64,000 nucleotides of DNA from Verrucomicrobiales bacterium. Its GTDB lineage: Bacteria > Verrucomicrobiota > Verrucomicrobiia > Verrucomicrobiales > DEV007. The notes under the pieces were generated by a model. That model was not told where the DNA came from. It worked only from the letters and a program-made list of their open reading frames with translations, and ran no database searches. This document shows positions 49,773 to 60,350 of this stretch, one piece after another. How positions within the stretch are numbered: the first letter of the stretch is position 1; each line of letters starts with the position of its first letter. Made by a program: the position numbers and the translations under genes. The stretch spans positions 687,786-751,785 of the forward strand of contig CBFHPY010000008.1 of assembly GCA_965657775.1 (NCBI GenBank), written 5' to 3'.

Positions 49773-50474
49773 TTAGTCAGGAAGAAGGACATTGTCCTGC
49801 TTTGTGTCGAGGTATCCACCGGAGCTCGTGCCTTCGCCGTCTTCGGCAGGAACTCGCTCTTCGAAAATGTTCTCTACGATTCCGTCCTTACTCTTGATCG
49901 TAGCACCAGGAGCGCTCGAGTTGAGGCGCTCTTCGGTAACGTGACCACCGCAGAATCCGACGATCGCTTTTTTCGATTTCAACCAAGGGTGGTGTTCGCC
50001 ATAAGAGCCAATGCCTTCCATCAGGCCATCCGCCACGAGGGGAGAACGGCTGAAGCTGGTGTCGGTCTGACCGGTGACATAAGCGTATACGTTCTCTTCG
50101 TTCTCGAGCTGTCCATCTTCGCGAGGAGGACGGAGCTTGTCGGGATGCTTGGTCTGAGTCCAAAAGATTCCTTCCGAGTCAATGTAGTCGGGGATGAGCA
50201 CGTTAAATGCATCGGTCGAGCTGGAGAAAGTGTCTTCTCCATCGGACTCTGCATCGGGATCAAACGACGGGTAGAGACCTTCCCAGTCGGCAGCGAAGGC
50301 ACGACAGCCAAGAATGATGTTTTTTACGTTGCTTACTGATTTGATTCGCTTACCACGCTCTTGAATACCGTTGTAGGCAGGCATTGCGGTGCTCGCGAGA
50401 ATTCCGATGATCGTAATAACGATCAGTAGTTCGATGAGAGTAAAGGCACTCTCCAATTTTTTGTTCACTTTCAT
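49773..50474 (-). CDS. Prepilin-type N-terminal cleavage/methylation domain protein (type IV pilin/pseudopilin-like)
   Basis: AFTLIELLIVITIIGILASTAMP class III signal; C-terminal HHPW...GFCGGHV. Confidence 0.9.
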   Translation of the reverse strand: MKVNKKLESAFTLIELLIVITIIGILASTAMPAYNGIQERGKRIKSVSNVKNIILGCRAFAADWEGLYPSFDPDAESDGEDTFSSSTDAFNVLIPDYIDSEGIFWTQTKHPDKLRPPREDGQLENEENVYAYVTGQTDTSFSRSPLVADGLMEGIGSYGEHHPWLKSKKAIVGFCGGHVTEERLNSSAPGATIKSKDGIVENIFEERVPAEDGEGTSSGGYLDTKQDNVLLPD

Positions 50475-50623
50475 GGGATTTTCCTTTCGGTTATAAGTAT
50501 GATGTGTCCTCAGATCCGACCTGAGAACGTATGTAATGCTGGAAATGACATAGTAAATACGTCATCTCTAATTTTAGGATGCCATTTTTCCCTCCCTCAA
50601 ACAAGAAAAAATGTGAATTTGGA

Positions 50624-50639
50624 TGGCGCGATGTGTGCG
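50624..50639 (+). promoter_or_regulatory. Possible sigma54 -24/-12 promoter
   Basis: TGGCGCGATGTGTGCG has exact GG-N10-GC spacing, 23 nt upstream of ATG 50662. Confidence 0.3.
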
Positions 50640-50661
50640 TGTGAGCGACTGGAATTGATTT

Positions 50662-51495
50662 ATGATTTCCTCCATTCCTATTGAAGACGAATTTGAAGAC
50701 ATCATCGCGAAGTCGATGCGAGGTCGTCACATTTCGGAGTCTGAACTCGCCGAAAAAACGGGAATGAGTTCCGACATCCTGCACCGCCTCTGCCGGGGAG
50801 AATTTTGCGACGAGCCGGCCCTGATTGAAGTTGCAAAGGCACTGCAGCTTGATCCTCAGGCACTCACGATGTCAGCATCCAAGGTCTGGCGCCCTCGATC
50901 GGTTGAACTTGAGGGATTAGCGATGACCAACACGCCTTATCGCGACATGCGGGTTAATGCCTACTTGATCTGGGATCCCGAGACCAGCGATGGCGCTGTT
51001 TTCGACACCGGGACAGACAGCAGTGGCATCACTGCGCTTGCCCGAGAGAAGGATGTAGTGATTCGATCCATTTTTCTGACCCACACTCACAACGATCACA
51101 TTGCGGACCTCGATCGTCTGCGATCCGATTGGGGAGACGTCGAGATTCTTGCCAACCAATCTGAACCGTGGCCGGGAGCGACCCTTTTTCGCGAGGGCGA
51201 GCGCTTTCCACTGGGAAGTCTATCGATTGAGACCCGAACGACTTCAGGTCATTCCATCGGAGGCACGACCTATTTCATTCAGGGGCTTGAGCGACCAGTA
51301 GCAGTCGTTGGCGACGCCATTTTCGCCGGATCGATGGGCGGCGGGATCACTTCCTTTGACGACGCCTGGAAAAATAATCGCGAAAAGATCCTGACCCTCC
51401 CCGAGGAAACGGTGCTTTGCCCCGGGCACGGACCGCTTACTTCGGTGGGAGAGGAAAAGCGAAACAATCCTTTCTTTGCTCGCGAATTCCGATGA
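50662..51495 (+). CDS. MBL-fold metallo-hydrolase with N-terminal XRE-like HTH domain
   Basis: N-terminal ISESELAEKTGMS...LIEVAKALQL; THTHNDH, GHSIGG, GDAIF, PGHG. Confidence 0.88.
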   Translation: MISSIPIEDEFEDIIAKSMRGRHISESELAEKTGMSSDILHRLCRGEFCDEPALIEVAKALQLDPQALTMSASKVWRPRSVELEGLAMTNTPYRDMRVNAYLIWDPETSDGAVFDTGTDSSGITALAREKDVVIRSIFLTHTHNDHIADLDRLRSDWGDVEILANQSEPWPGATLFREGERFPLGSLSIETRTTSGHSIGGTTYFIQGLERPVAVVGDAIFAGSMGGGITSFDDAWKNNREKILTLPEETVLCPGHGPLTSVGEEKRNNPFFAREFR

Positions 51496-52097
51496 GCGAT
51501 TCGATACCCTCTTTCATTCTCGCTTCTGGATCTCCCCGGCGGAAAGATTTACTCGAAGAAGCCGGATATGACTTTGAAGTGATCCCTCCCGATGTCGAAG
51601 AGATCGAAGATATGTCGGTCCCTATTCGGATCCTCACGGCGAAAAATGCTGCGTTGAAGGCTGATGCGGTCGCGGCTTCCCATCCTGAAGCGGTGGTGAT
51701 CGCTGCGGATACGCTGGTCCTTCTTGGAGAAAGAGTTCTCAGTAAGCCGGCTGATCGAACCGAGGCTCGAGAGATGCTTTCTGCTTTGAATGGAAAGTCT
51801 CACCAAGTCTTAACCGCGGTCTCGGTGGTGCGACTTGGAGGAGGGAAGTCCCATGCTTTTTCTGTCTCGACCGACGTCTATTTCAAATCACTCTCTGAGT
51901 CCGAGCGGGACGCTTATCATGATCGGATCAATCCGATGGATAAAGCGGGTGCCTACGCAGCCCAGGAGCATGGAGCACTCATCATCGATCGACTGGAAGG
52001 GTCGATGACGAATGTGATCGGGCTCCCCATGGACGATGTGCGTGTCGTGCTCGAAGAGGAGTTTGGGGTCGTGCCGAACGAAAAGGCGGAAGCGTAA
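51492..52097 (+). CDS. maf: Maf family nucleoside triphosphate pyrophosphatase
   Basis: ILASGSPRR, IAADT, SKP, DKAGAY, NVIGLP; ATGA overlap with the upstream gene. Confidence 0.93.
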   Translation: MSDSIPSFILASGSPRRKDLLEEAGYDFEVIPPDVEEIEDMSVPIRILTAKNAALKADAVAASHPEAVVIAADTLVLLGERVLSKPADRTEAREMLSALNGKSHQVLTAVSVVRLGGGKSHAFSVSTDVYFKSLSESERDAYHDRINPMDKAGAYAAQEHGALIIDRLEGSMTNVIGLPMDDVRVVLEEEFGVVPNEKAEA

Positions 52098-52116
52098 GCC
52101 CCCGTTTCCTCGTCCG

Positions 52117-53193
52117 CTATCCCGATCCTAGACGTTCGCCGCGGTAGCTGCCGTCCTCGATGTGTTCGATCCATGAGGAGTTGGCGAGGTACCAGGAGAC
52201 TGTTTTTTCCAGACCGCTTTCGAAGGTTTCTCGAGAATTCCATCCCAGTTCCTTCTGAATCTTGGAAGAATCGATTGCATAGCGCCAATCGTGTCCCGGA
52301 CGGTCCGTGACGAATTCGATTACTTCTTCCGGCGAGACAGAATTGAGATTCGGATCGAGCCGAGAGACGGTTTCGATTAGCGCGTGGACCACATCGAGAT
52401 TTCGCTTCTCGCAATTTCCCCCGATGTTGTAGACCTCGCCCGGCCGCCCTCGAAACGCCGCCAGTGCGAGCGCGACACAGTGATCTTTCACATAGAGCCA
52501 GTCGCGAATATTGGATCCATCCCCATAGACAGGAAGGGATTGCCCCTTCCGGAGCTTCTGAATCATTAATGGGAGGAGCTTCTCCGGAAACTGGTGAGGG
52601 CCGTAGTTATTCGAACAATTGGTTGTGATGACTGGTAGCCCGTAGGTATGAAACCAGGCGCGAGCGAGGTGGTCACTTCCCGCTTTCGAAGCCGAGTAGG
52701 GACTGTTCGGGGCGTAGGGGGTCGATTCGGAAAATGCGGGATCCGTTTCGGAAAGCGAGCCATAGACCTCATCTGTCGAAACGTGGAGAAATCTGCAGCC
52801 GCTGGCTTGGCCTTTCGCTCCGACCGAGGCTTGAAAAGCTTCGAGGAGGGTGTGAGTTCCGATGAGATTAGTACGCATAAACTCTGCCGAAGAGTCAATC
52901 GAGCGATCGACATGAGATTCAGCGGCGAGATGCATCACGAGATCGATGTCTTCTTCTTCGAAGAGGTTTCTGACCAGTGTTGCATCGCAGATGTCGCCTT
53001 CGACAAGTCGGTGGCGTGGCTCGCTTTTTAGCTCGGCGAGATTTTCTCGGTTTCCGGCGTAGGTCAGTTTGTCGAGGGTGATGACTCGATCGATGGAAAT
53101 GCCCAAGTCGGCTTCTGCTTCATTGAGAAGATAAGAAACAAGGTTGGAGCCAATGAATCCGGCTCCTCCCGTGACGACGATACGATGTCCCAT
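52117..53193 (-). CDS. rfbB: dTDP-glucose 4,6-dehydratase
   Basis: VTGGAGFIG, DKLTYAGN, AAESHVDRSI, STDEVYG, YSASK, NNYGP, RPGHD.RYA. Confidence 0.96.
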   Translation of the reverse strand: MGHRIVVTGGAGFIGSNLVSYLLNEAEADLGISIDRVITLDKLTYAGNRENLAELKSEPRHRLVEGDICDATLVRNLFEEEDIDLVMHLAAESHVDRSIDSSAEFMRTNLIGTHTLLEAFQASVGAKGQASGCRFLHVSTDEVYGSLSETDPAFSESTPYAPNSPYSASKAGSDHLARAWFHTYGLPVITTNCSNNYGPHQFPEKLLPLMIQKLRKGQSLPVYGDGSNIRDWLYVKDHCVALALAAFRGRPGEVYNIGGNCEKRNLDVVHALIETVSRLDPNLNSVSPEEVIEFVTDRPGHDWRYAIDSSKIQKELGWNSRETFESGLEKTVSWYLANSSWIEHIEDGSYRGERLGSG

Positions 53194-53204
53194 GGCAATT
53201 GTTT

Positions 53205-54215
53205 CTACCCCAACGTCTTGTCGATGTCTTGGGGGAATTCGAGGAACAGGATTCCCTGTCGTCGTCGAACGTGAATCCCAGCCGGCAAATTTTCTTTGGC
53301 TGGTTTGTCTTCCGAAAGAGCAACGGAAGCCACTTTCTCCACTTCGCTATATCCGCAATCTGGCACGCCCTCGTCCCGAAGCCACTGGAGAAGAAGGCGG
53401 TCTCGTATCGCAGGTTCCAGTCTTCGTAACGTCGCAACATCGAGCTCATGGTCTTTGGGCATCAACAGGGGAGGAATGTGAGTGGAGAAATAGTTTTCGT
53501 CCCGGCGGGCCAGCTCAGCGACTTTGAGAACAGAACCCCGCACGTCGCGTTCGAAAATCTCTTCGAGGTCGGGAAGGAGACGATTGCGAATCCGATTGCG
53601 AATCGAAAAGTCATCCTGATTAGAAAGGTCTTCGCGAAAGGGTATTTCGTGTTCGACAAGATAGCGGTTGACCTCCGACTTTGAGATAGAAAGCCAGGGG
53701 CGAAGCAATTTGAGAGAGATGCCATCAATTTCCCGGGAAGAAGATGGACTCATTCCTGCGATACCTCGGGAGCCACTGCCCCGAAAGAGTCGGAAGAGAA
53801 TGGTTTCTACCTGATCATCCCCATGGTGGGCGAGGAACACGCGAGAGAGATCGAGCTTTTCGGCCGCACGAGCGATTTCTGTGTAGCGCAGTTCTCGAGC
53901 TGCTTCCTCAATCGAGAGCTTCTGTTCCTTGGCGAATTCGCCCACGTCTACTCGAAAAATGACGCACTGACATCGGATTGATTCGGCATAGTCGAGGACG
54001 AGACATTCGTCAGCATCGGCATCCTTTCCCCGCAGGCCATGATTCACATGGACAGCCGTGAGATTGTGATAGCCGTTCGAATGCAGGAAGTGCAACAGGG
54101 CCATCGAATCCCGTCCTCCGGAGACAGCAATGAGGCTGGGAAGGTCCGGGGAGAATGAAGCGCGGACCTTTCGAGCGAAACTTTCGTCGAGGGTCTGGGT
54201 GAGGAAACGAGGCAC
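53205..54215 (-). CDS. tilS: tRNA(Ile)-lysidine synthetase
   Basis: AVSGGRDS PP-loop, HVNHGLR, EEAARELRY, AHHGDDQVET, RNRIR. Confidence 0.95.
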   Translation of the reverse strand: MPRFLTQTLDESFARKVRASFSPDLPSLIAVSGGRDSMALLHFLHSNGYHNLTAVHVNHGLRGKDADADECLVLDYAESIRCQCVIFRVDVGEFAKEQKLSIEEAARELRYTEIARAAEKLDLSRVFLAHHGDDQVETILFRLFRGSGSRGIAGMSPSSSREIDGISLKLLRPWLSISKSEVNRYLVEHEIPFREDLSNQDDFSIRNRIRNRLLPDLEEIFERDVRGSVLKVAELARRDENYFSTHIPPLLMPKDHELDVATLRRLEPAIRDRLLLQWLRDEGVPDCGYSEVEKVASVALSEDKPAKENLPAGIHVRRRQGILFLEFPQDIDKTLG

Positions 54216-54337
54216 AGTTCTTCACTCAACAGGGTTACCTGAGCGAGTCAACCCTGTTAGATCGGTCTTCGGAGAACGTTGCCGGAGGTGCGATCACTGC
54301 TTGCATTCCGGCGTTTCGAGTGGTCATTCCCGCCGAT

Positions 54338-56176
54338 ATGTCAGAACAACCCATCACCCCGGATCGCATCCGCAACATCGCCATCATCGCACACGTCGAT
54401 CATGGGAAGACCACGCTCGTGGATGAGATGCTCAAACAGGCTGGTTCCTTTCGCGAGAATCAGACTGTTGAAGAACGGGCCATGGATTCGATGGACCAGG
54501 AGCGAGAGCGAGGAATTACGATCAAGGCTAAGAATACTTCGGTTCGCTGGGGCGATAATCTCGTGAACATCGTCGACACTCCCGGTCACGCCGATTTCGG
54601 CGGAGAGGTCGAGCGGATCATGAAGATGGTCGATGGGGTCATGCTCGTCGTCGATGCTTACGAAGGACCTCAGGCTCAGACGCGTTTTGTTCTGAAGAAG
54701 GCTCTCGCTTCCGGACTGACTCCGATCGTTTTCGTAAACAAGATTGATCGTCCTAACGCCGAGCCCCTCGAGATGCATGACCGGGTTCTCGAACTCTTCC
54801 TCGATCTTGAGGCGAACGACGACCAGTTCAACGCACCGTTTCTCTATGGCTCGGCAAAGAATGGCTACGCCTCAACAACTCCGGATACCGAAGCTAAGGA
54901 CATGATCCCGCTCTTCGAAGCGATCATGGAGAATATTCCAGCACCGGAAGTTGATCTCGACGCCGATTTCAGAATGGTCGTTTCCAACATTGATTGGTCT
55001 GACTACGTCGGTCGTATTGCGATTGGAAAGATTTTCTCGGGCAAGATTACGGTCGGAGATCAGGTCTGGCGCCTCATGGAGGGAGAAAAGCCGCAGCGAG
55101 CCAAGATCAGCAAGATCTTCGAATACAACGCTCTCGCCACGAGTGAAGCCGACGAAGCGATTGCGGGTAACATTGTTGGATTGGCAGGATTTGAGGACGT
55201 CGATATTGGAGAGACCATTGCCAAGGACCAGGAGTCGGAGGCACTTCCTTTTGTCGAGATCGATCCTCCTACAGTGATGATGTCTTTCGCCGTCAACGAT
55301 GGGCCTTTCGCAGGAACGGAGGGCGATCGAGTGACTTCTCGAGAGATTCGGGATCGATTGATCCGAGAAGGGCGCACCAATGTTTCGATCAAGGTCGAGG
55401 ATACGGACGCCGCCGGAGAATTTAAGGTCAGTGCGCGCGGAGCGATGCAGGTGGCTGTCGTCGTCGAGCAAATGCGACGCGAGGGATACGAGCTTCTCGT
55501 TTCTCGTCCGACCGTCATTAAACGCGAGATTGATGGCAAGTGGCACGAGCCCTTTGAAACTCTCTACCTCGAAGTGCCTGATGAAGCCGTCGGCGGGTGC
55601 ATGCAGAGTCTTGCGACTCGCAAAGGCAAGGTGGAGGCGATGAGTGCCAAGAATGGCCGAACCAACATGGAGATCGAAATCCCGACACGAGGTCTCATCG
55701 GATTCGAGTTTGAATTGCTTAACCTCACCAGTGGAGAAGGGATCATGTCACATCTCTTCAAAGAGTATCGTCCCGATTCCGGAGACATTCGGACTCGCCA
55801 GACTGGAACTCTTGTCTCGATGGAGAAAGGGGAGGCGATGACATATTCGCTCCTCAACATTGAGACTCGTGGCAAGCTTTTCGTGGGTCCTAGTGATCAG
55901 GTTTACGAGGGTATGATCATTGGGGAGAATCCAAGAACGGATGATCTTCCGGTGAACCCAACCAAGGCCAAGCAATTGACCAACCACCGAGCCTCGGGCA
56001 GCGACAAGACTGTGACTCTGACACCAGCACTCCGGTTTTCTCTTGAGCGTGCTATCGAATACATCGCGCCGGATGAACTTGTTGAAGCGACTCCGCAGAA
56101 TATTCGTCTTCGCAAGCGCATCCTCGACAGCAATGCGAGAAAGCGTGCCGCGAAAAAAGAATCTGCGGGCAGCTAA
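54338..56176 (+). CDS. typA: Translational GTPase TypA/BipA
   Basis: [52 protein letters not shown]; probable ATG at 54338. Confidence 0.97.
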   Translation: MSEQPITPDRIRNIAIIAHVDHGKTTLVDEMLKQAGSFRENQTVEERAMDSMDQERERGITIKAKNTSVRWGDNLVNIVDTPGHADFGGEVERIMKMVDGVMLVVDAYEGPQAQTRFVLKKALASGLTPIVFVNKIDRPNAEPLEMHDRVLELFLDLEANDDQFNAPFLYGSAKNGYASTTPDTEAKDMIPLFEAIMENIPAPEVDLDADFRMVVSNIDWSDYVGRIAIGKIFSGKITVGDQVWRLMEGEKPQRAKISKIFEYNALATSEADEAIAGNIVGLAGFEDVDIGETIAKDQESEALPFVEIDPPTVMMSFAVNDGPFAGTEGDRVTSREIRDRLIREGRTNVSIKVEDTDAAGEFKVSARGAMQVAVVVEQMRREGYELLVSRPTVIKREIDGKWHEPFETLYLEVPDEAVGGCMQSLATRKGKVEAMSAKNGRTNMEIEIPTRGLIGFEFELLNLTSGEGIMSHLFKEYRPDSGDIRTRQTGTLVSMEKGEAMTYSLLNIETRGKLFVGPSDQVYEGMIIGENPRTDDLPVNPTKAKQLTNHRASGSDKTVTLTPALRFSLERAIEYIAPDELVEATPQNIRLRKRILDSNARKRAAKKESAGS

Positions 56177-56371
56177 AAGGAAGCTAATTCGTGGTCGTTT
56201 CGGAGACGGTGCGGACGCGGGAAGGAATTTCTGTTCGCGGAATTTCGGGTCGCCTTTGATCGAGGAATTCAGGTGGCAGTAAGCGTGATTCTTCCATCGG
56301 AGAATTGACTGATATTTCCGCCTTGATCAGGCTATGGAATCTCGGACAGGGGTCTGGTAGGGAACCTGCCC

Positions 56372-57199
56372 ATGAAATATTTTCGAAACTGTTTACCCCT
56401 GCTCTTCCTTCTTAGTCTCGCGGTAGGATTTGCGACGGCCCAGAATGGAAATGGCAAAAAGAAAAAGTCTTATCCGAAGAAGGAGTTCTATTCGGGGAAG
56501 CCGGTCCGGGCCCTGATCGTAACGGGAGGGTGTTGTCACAACTATCTTTATCAGACTTTTGCGCTCGGGTCCGGAGTACAGAAAGTCGCCAATGTCGATT
56601 TCGAAGTGGTTCATGTGGGGGGAAAGGGGACCGATGCGATGATCGATCTATACAACGATTCTGACTGGGCCGAACCTTATGAGGTCGTAGTTCACAACGA
56701 GTGCTTTGCCAATACCACCGATCCCGAATACATCCGCCGGATCACGGAAGCACACCGAGGTGGAACTCCTGCGGTAGTGGTGCACTGCGCGATGCACTCC
56801 TATCGGGCTGCTCAGATTGATGACTGGCGCAAGTTTCTCGGAGTCACAAGCCGCCGGCACGATCATCAGAGCAACTACGCTGTCTCCGTCAAAGCGGCAG
56901 ACCACCCGGTCATGAAAGGCTTTCCCAAGGATTGGGTCACTCCGAAAGACGAACTCTACATCATTGATAAAGTCTGGCCGGATACCACCGTTCTCGCAAC
57001 GTCGAAGAGCGAGAAGGACGGCTCCGAGCATCCCGTGATCTGGGCCAATGATTTTGGCGGAACCCGAATTGTAGGAACCACCTATGGTCATTCCGATGAA
57101 ACTTTCGGCGACGATGTTTTTATCCGGCTGCTCGCCCGCTCACTGCTGTGGGCTGCGGGGGTGGATGGTTCATCGGACCAAGCTGCGCCGGCCGAGTGA
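56372..57199 (+). CDS. ThuA-like (class I glutamine amidotransferase-fold) secreted protein
   Basis: Signal peptide; VTGGCCHNY, VVHCAMHSYR, KDELY, TYGH. Confidence 0.8.
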   Translation: MKYFRNCLPLLFLLSLAVGFATAQNGNGKKKKSYPKKEFYSGKPVRALIVTGGCCHNYLYQTFALGSGVQKVANVDFEVVHVGGKGTDAMIDLYNDSDWAEPYEVVVHNECFANTTDPEYIRRITEAHRGGTPAVVVHCAMHSYRAAQIDDWRKFLGVTSRRHDHQSNYAVSVKAADHPVMKGFPKDWVTPKDELYIIDKVWPDTTVLATSKSEKDGSEHPVIWANDFGGTRIVGTTYGHSDETFGDDVFIRLLARSLLWAAGVDGSSDQAAPAE

Positions 57200-57282
57200 T
57201 CGGAAAGAAGATTTTTGTTTGGTTCAGATACGGAGATGTCGTGGGTCTATTCTCCCTGGCCTCTCCGGATTCTGTCTGAAAC

Positions 57283-58173
57283 TTACAGAACTCCAGGCTC
57301 CGGCGCTGGAGGCATTGGTCCGGAAATATTGCGCGGTGGCTTTTGGGGAAATGGCAGTCTGGGAAGATTTTTCAAATTCATCCGCTTCAACTGATCCTGA
57401 GCTTCTTCGGGAAGACTTTCGATTCCCGCTTCAGTGTCGAAGACGCCATTGTAGACGACTTCATCCCCGGCGTTACGAATTGCGATCTGGGTTTCTCCTC
57501 CTTCGGTTTCCATCGTCAGGGAGCCCTCTGGATTGTCGATTTTGATCATGCCTTCTTTGCCGAAAACGGTAATGGGAAATCCAGAGTTTTCACTGTAGCG
57601 CTTTCCTCTTTCAGGGTTTTCCGAATCCTCATGGGATTGTGATTCGGCATCCTGCTTCTCGGACCACTTCTGCCAATGCTCCTGTTGCTTGCGCATCTGT
57701 TCCTGCCAATTACCAAATGTGCGAGGATCGTTTGGCAACGAAGAACGGCGATTGGGCTGAAACTGATGAGGCCACATTTCGGGATCGAGTGTTCCGAGAG
57801 TCACCTCGATAGCTTTGGTCTCTCCCTTGCGAATGCAGTGGAGTGTGACGGTATCGCCTGGCTGATGAATTCCGATGAGGAGGGAAAGATGCTCCGGGCT
57901 GATGAGAAGTTGGTCGTCGAGCCTGATCAGGATGTCGTGACGATTGACTCCTGCGGTTGCTGCGGGAGTTTCTGCAACTACCTCGTGAACCTCGATCCCA
58001 AATCCCTGATCGAGATCAAGATGATCGTGCAGTGAGGAAGACACAAAAGAAGTCGCCACGCCAAGCAGAGCTTTTTCCTTTGCCGAATCGCTACCTTCCT
58101 TTGATTCTTCGGGGCTCGCCCAGACGAGAGTTGAGAAACAGATTAGGAAAGAGAGGGCGGTAAATGTCTTCAT
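57283..58173 (-). CDS. Secreted PDZ-domain protein
   Basis: Signal peptide; ALLGV...GFGIEVHEVVAETPAATAGVNRHDILIRLD...GDTVTL..IRKG PDZ signature; no protease motif seen. Confidence 0.82.
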   Translation of the reverse strand: MKTFTALSFLICFSTLVWASPEESKEGSDSAKEKALLGVATSFVSSSLHDHLDLDQGFGIEVHEVVAETPAATAGVNRHDILIRLDDQLLISPEHLSLLIGIHQPGDTVTLHCIRKGETKAIEVTLGTLDPEMWPHQFQPNRRSSLPNDPRTFGNWQEQMRKQQEHWQKWSEKQDAESQSHEDSENPERGKRYSENSGFPITVFGKEGMIKIDNPEGSLTMETEGGETQIAIRNAGDEVVYNGVFDTEAGIESLPEEAQDQLKRMNLKNLPRLPFPQKPPRNISGPMPPAPEPGVL

Positions 58174-58211
58174 CAGGGGGAAGGGATAACCAGGAGGTGG
58201 AAGTCGGGAGC

Positions 58212-58760
58212 TTAATCCGTCTGAAGCGGAGTAATCATTTCTTCGTTTCGGGGCTCGAAGAATCGGATGTTGGTATCTGTTTCAGGGTCGTGCCAGTGAT
58301 AGGCATCGCGAAACTTGAGGTTCCATTTCTGCCGTGGTCCTTCCTCGGTTTCGATTACGCCCGAGGGAGCTGAATCGACTAGATAACCCTGTGCCGAGAC
58401 GGGGAGGAAGCCATCCACCACAGGTGGGCTGCTTGCACTTCCTGTCGTTTCCAAAGTGGGTTGATTCTTAGCAATCGCAGGTGAGGTCTCTCTCTCCAAC
58501 AGCGGGGCATATTGAAATGCAGCGTAGGAGAAAAAAACCATGATTGCAGCGAAGCTCAACGGGATGAGGCGTTTCCATCGCAACTCCGTTTTCTTGGGCC
58601 AATCGGTCTCGGCAATGCGCTCGTGATCACGATGCAACTCGTCGAGCAGTCTCACTTCCAGCGGCGACGGCTCGAGTTTGCGCAATAGTGACCCCAGTTC
58701 CCGATCTTCGAAGTTCTCGTCGTCGGCTGTAAAATCAGGTTCTGAACGATTCTCACTCAT
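58212..58760 (-). CDS. Hypothetical single-pass membrane protein (anti-sigma-like topology)
   Basis: Acidic N-terminus with ELGSLLRKLEPSPL, one TM helix, C-terminal beta-rich domain; directly upstream of the PDZ gene. Confidence 0.65.
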   Translation of the reverse strand: MSENRSEPDFTADDENFEDRELGSLLRKLEPSPLEVRLLDELHRDHERIAETDWPKKTELRWKRLIPLSFAAIMVFFSYAAFQYAPLLERETSPAIAKNQPTLETTGSASSPPVVDGFLPVSAQGYLVDSAPSGVIETEEGPRQKWNLKFRDAYHWHDPETDTNIRFFEPRNEEMITPLQTD

Positions 58761-58854
58761 CTCTACTCCTAAAGCGAGAGATGCCGTTCGATTCGTTTAA
58801 AAATCGATTCTATCCGATTGCAGGGACCAATCGGGATAGCCGAGGGAACCCGGT

Positions 58855-60237
58855 TTAGGAAAGCGGTTTCGTCGCGGCAATCCGTTTTTGCCAGCGGCTG
58901 ATCTGTCGTCCGACATTTGCTGGAGAGGGGGCCCCCACCGCTTTCCGAGCCCGAAGCGCCGTCTTCACATCGAGAACGCGAAAGACGTCTTCTTCAAATA
59001 CAGTCGAGAATTGCTGAAACTCTTCGAGGCTGAGATCGGGGAAACCACGTTGCTCCTGAATACTGTAGGCAGTGAGTTTTCCGATAATCTCGTGAGCATC
59101 GCGGAAGGGAACTTTGTGGAGTACGAGGTAGTCGGCGATATCTGTCGCGAGGAGGAATGGATCCGAAGTCGCATTGGCCGTCCGATCTTCGCGGACCTTG
59201 GCGTCAGAAATCATTTCACTGAAGACTTCGAGAGCCAGCTTGATCTGATCGACAGAGTCAAAGAGTGGCTCCTTGTCTTCCTGCAAATCACGATTGTAGG
59301 TCATGGGGAGTCCCTTGATCGCCGTGAGCAGCGAAACGAGGTTTCCGATGAGTCGACCTGTTTTCCCCCTTGTCAGCTCGGCGACATCGGGATTTTTTTT
59401 CTGTGGCATCAGGCTCGAACCAGTCGTATGAGCATCACTTAGTTCGATGAATCCGAACTCGGCCGAGGCCCAGAGAATGACGTCCTCAGAGATACGGGAA
59501 AGATGAATTCCGATCATGGAGATCGTAAACAGGAGCTCGGCGACGTAATCCCGGTCGCTCACTGCATCCATGCTGTTCTGGGTAATCGCGGGAAATCCGA
59601 GCTTCTCGGCGACGAGTGAGCGGTTCAGCGTGATCGTAGAGCCTGCGAGAGCTCCTGAACCGAGCGGCATGACATTGATCCTGCGATACCCGTCGCGGAG
59701 CCTCTCTTTGTCCCGTTCGATCATCTCGACATAGGCCAGAAGATGGTGGGCAAAAAGAACTGGCTGACCCCGTTGCAGGTGAGTGTATCCTGGGACCACC
59801 GCTTCGGGATGGTTCACGGCCAGTTTGACGAGCGCATTCTGCATCGCGACAAGTCGATTGTAGATCGCGTGGCATTCCGCACGGCAGTAGAGTCGGGTGT
59901 CGAGCGCGACCTGATCGTTTCGACTCCGCGCCGTGTGCAGTTTTGCTCCAGCCGCCCCTATTTTTTCGGTCAGGGCTGACTCGATGTTCATGTGGATATC
60001 TTCCAGGCTGGTCCGAAATCGGAATTCTCCCGACTCGATCTCTTTCTTGATTTCACGAAGCCCTTTTCCGATAGCCCGCTCCTCTGTCTTGTTGATGATG
60101 CCCGCATCCTGAAGTGCGGCTGCGTGGGCCGTAGAACCCTCGATATCATACGCATACAGCCTCCAATCATAGGTAATCGATTCTCCATATCGCTGGACCA
60201 GATTCGAGGTTTCGGTTTTAAAGCGGCCTTTCCACAT
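58855..60237 (-). CDS. argH: Argininosuccinate lyase
   Basis: MWKGRF, LHTARSRNDQ, PGYTHLQ, TGSSLMPQKKNPD, YNRDLQEDK. Confidence 0.98.
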   Translation of the reverse strand: MWKGRFKTETSNLVQRYGESITYDWRLYAYDIEGSTAHAAALQDAGIINKTEERAIGKGLREIKKEIESGEFRFRTSLEDIHMNIESALTEKIGAAGAKLHTARSRNDQVALDTRLYCRAECHAIYNRLVAMQNALVKLAVNHPEAVVPGYTHLQRGQPVLFAHHLLAYVEMIERDKERLRDGYRRINVMPLGSGALAGSTITLNRSLVAEKLGFPAITQNSMDAVSDRDYVAELLFTISMIGIHLSRISEDVILWASAEFGFIELSDAHTTGSSLMPQKKNPDVAELTRGKTGRLIGNLVSLLTAIKGLPMTYNRDLQEDKEPLFDSVDQIKLALEVFSEMISDAKVREDRTANATSDPFLLATDIADYLVLHKVPFRDAHEIIGKLTAYSIQEQRGFPDLSLEEFQQFSTVFEEDVFRVLDVKTALRARKAVGAPSPANVGRQISRWQKRIAATKPLS

Positions 60238-60350
60238 GATTCAGATTTCGTGCCGGCGGGCCTGCATTTCAACTCGGATTTTGACGGCACAGGACGAATC
60301 CATCCTCTTGCGGGATTGTAGCAAGTGCCAGAAACAGGGAGATCTCACTT

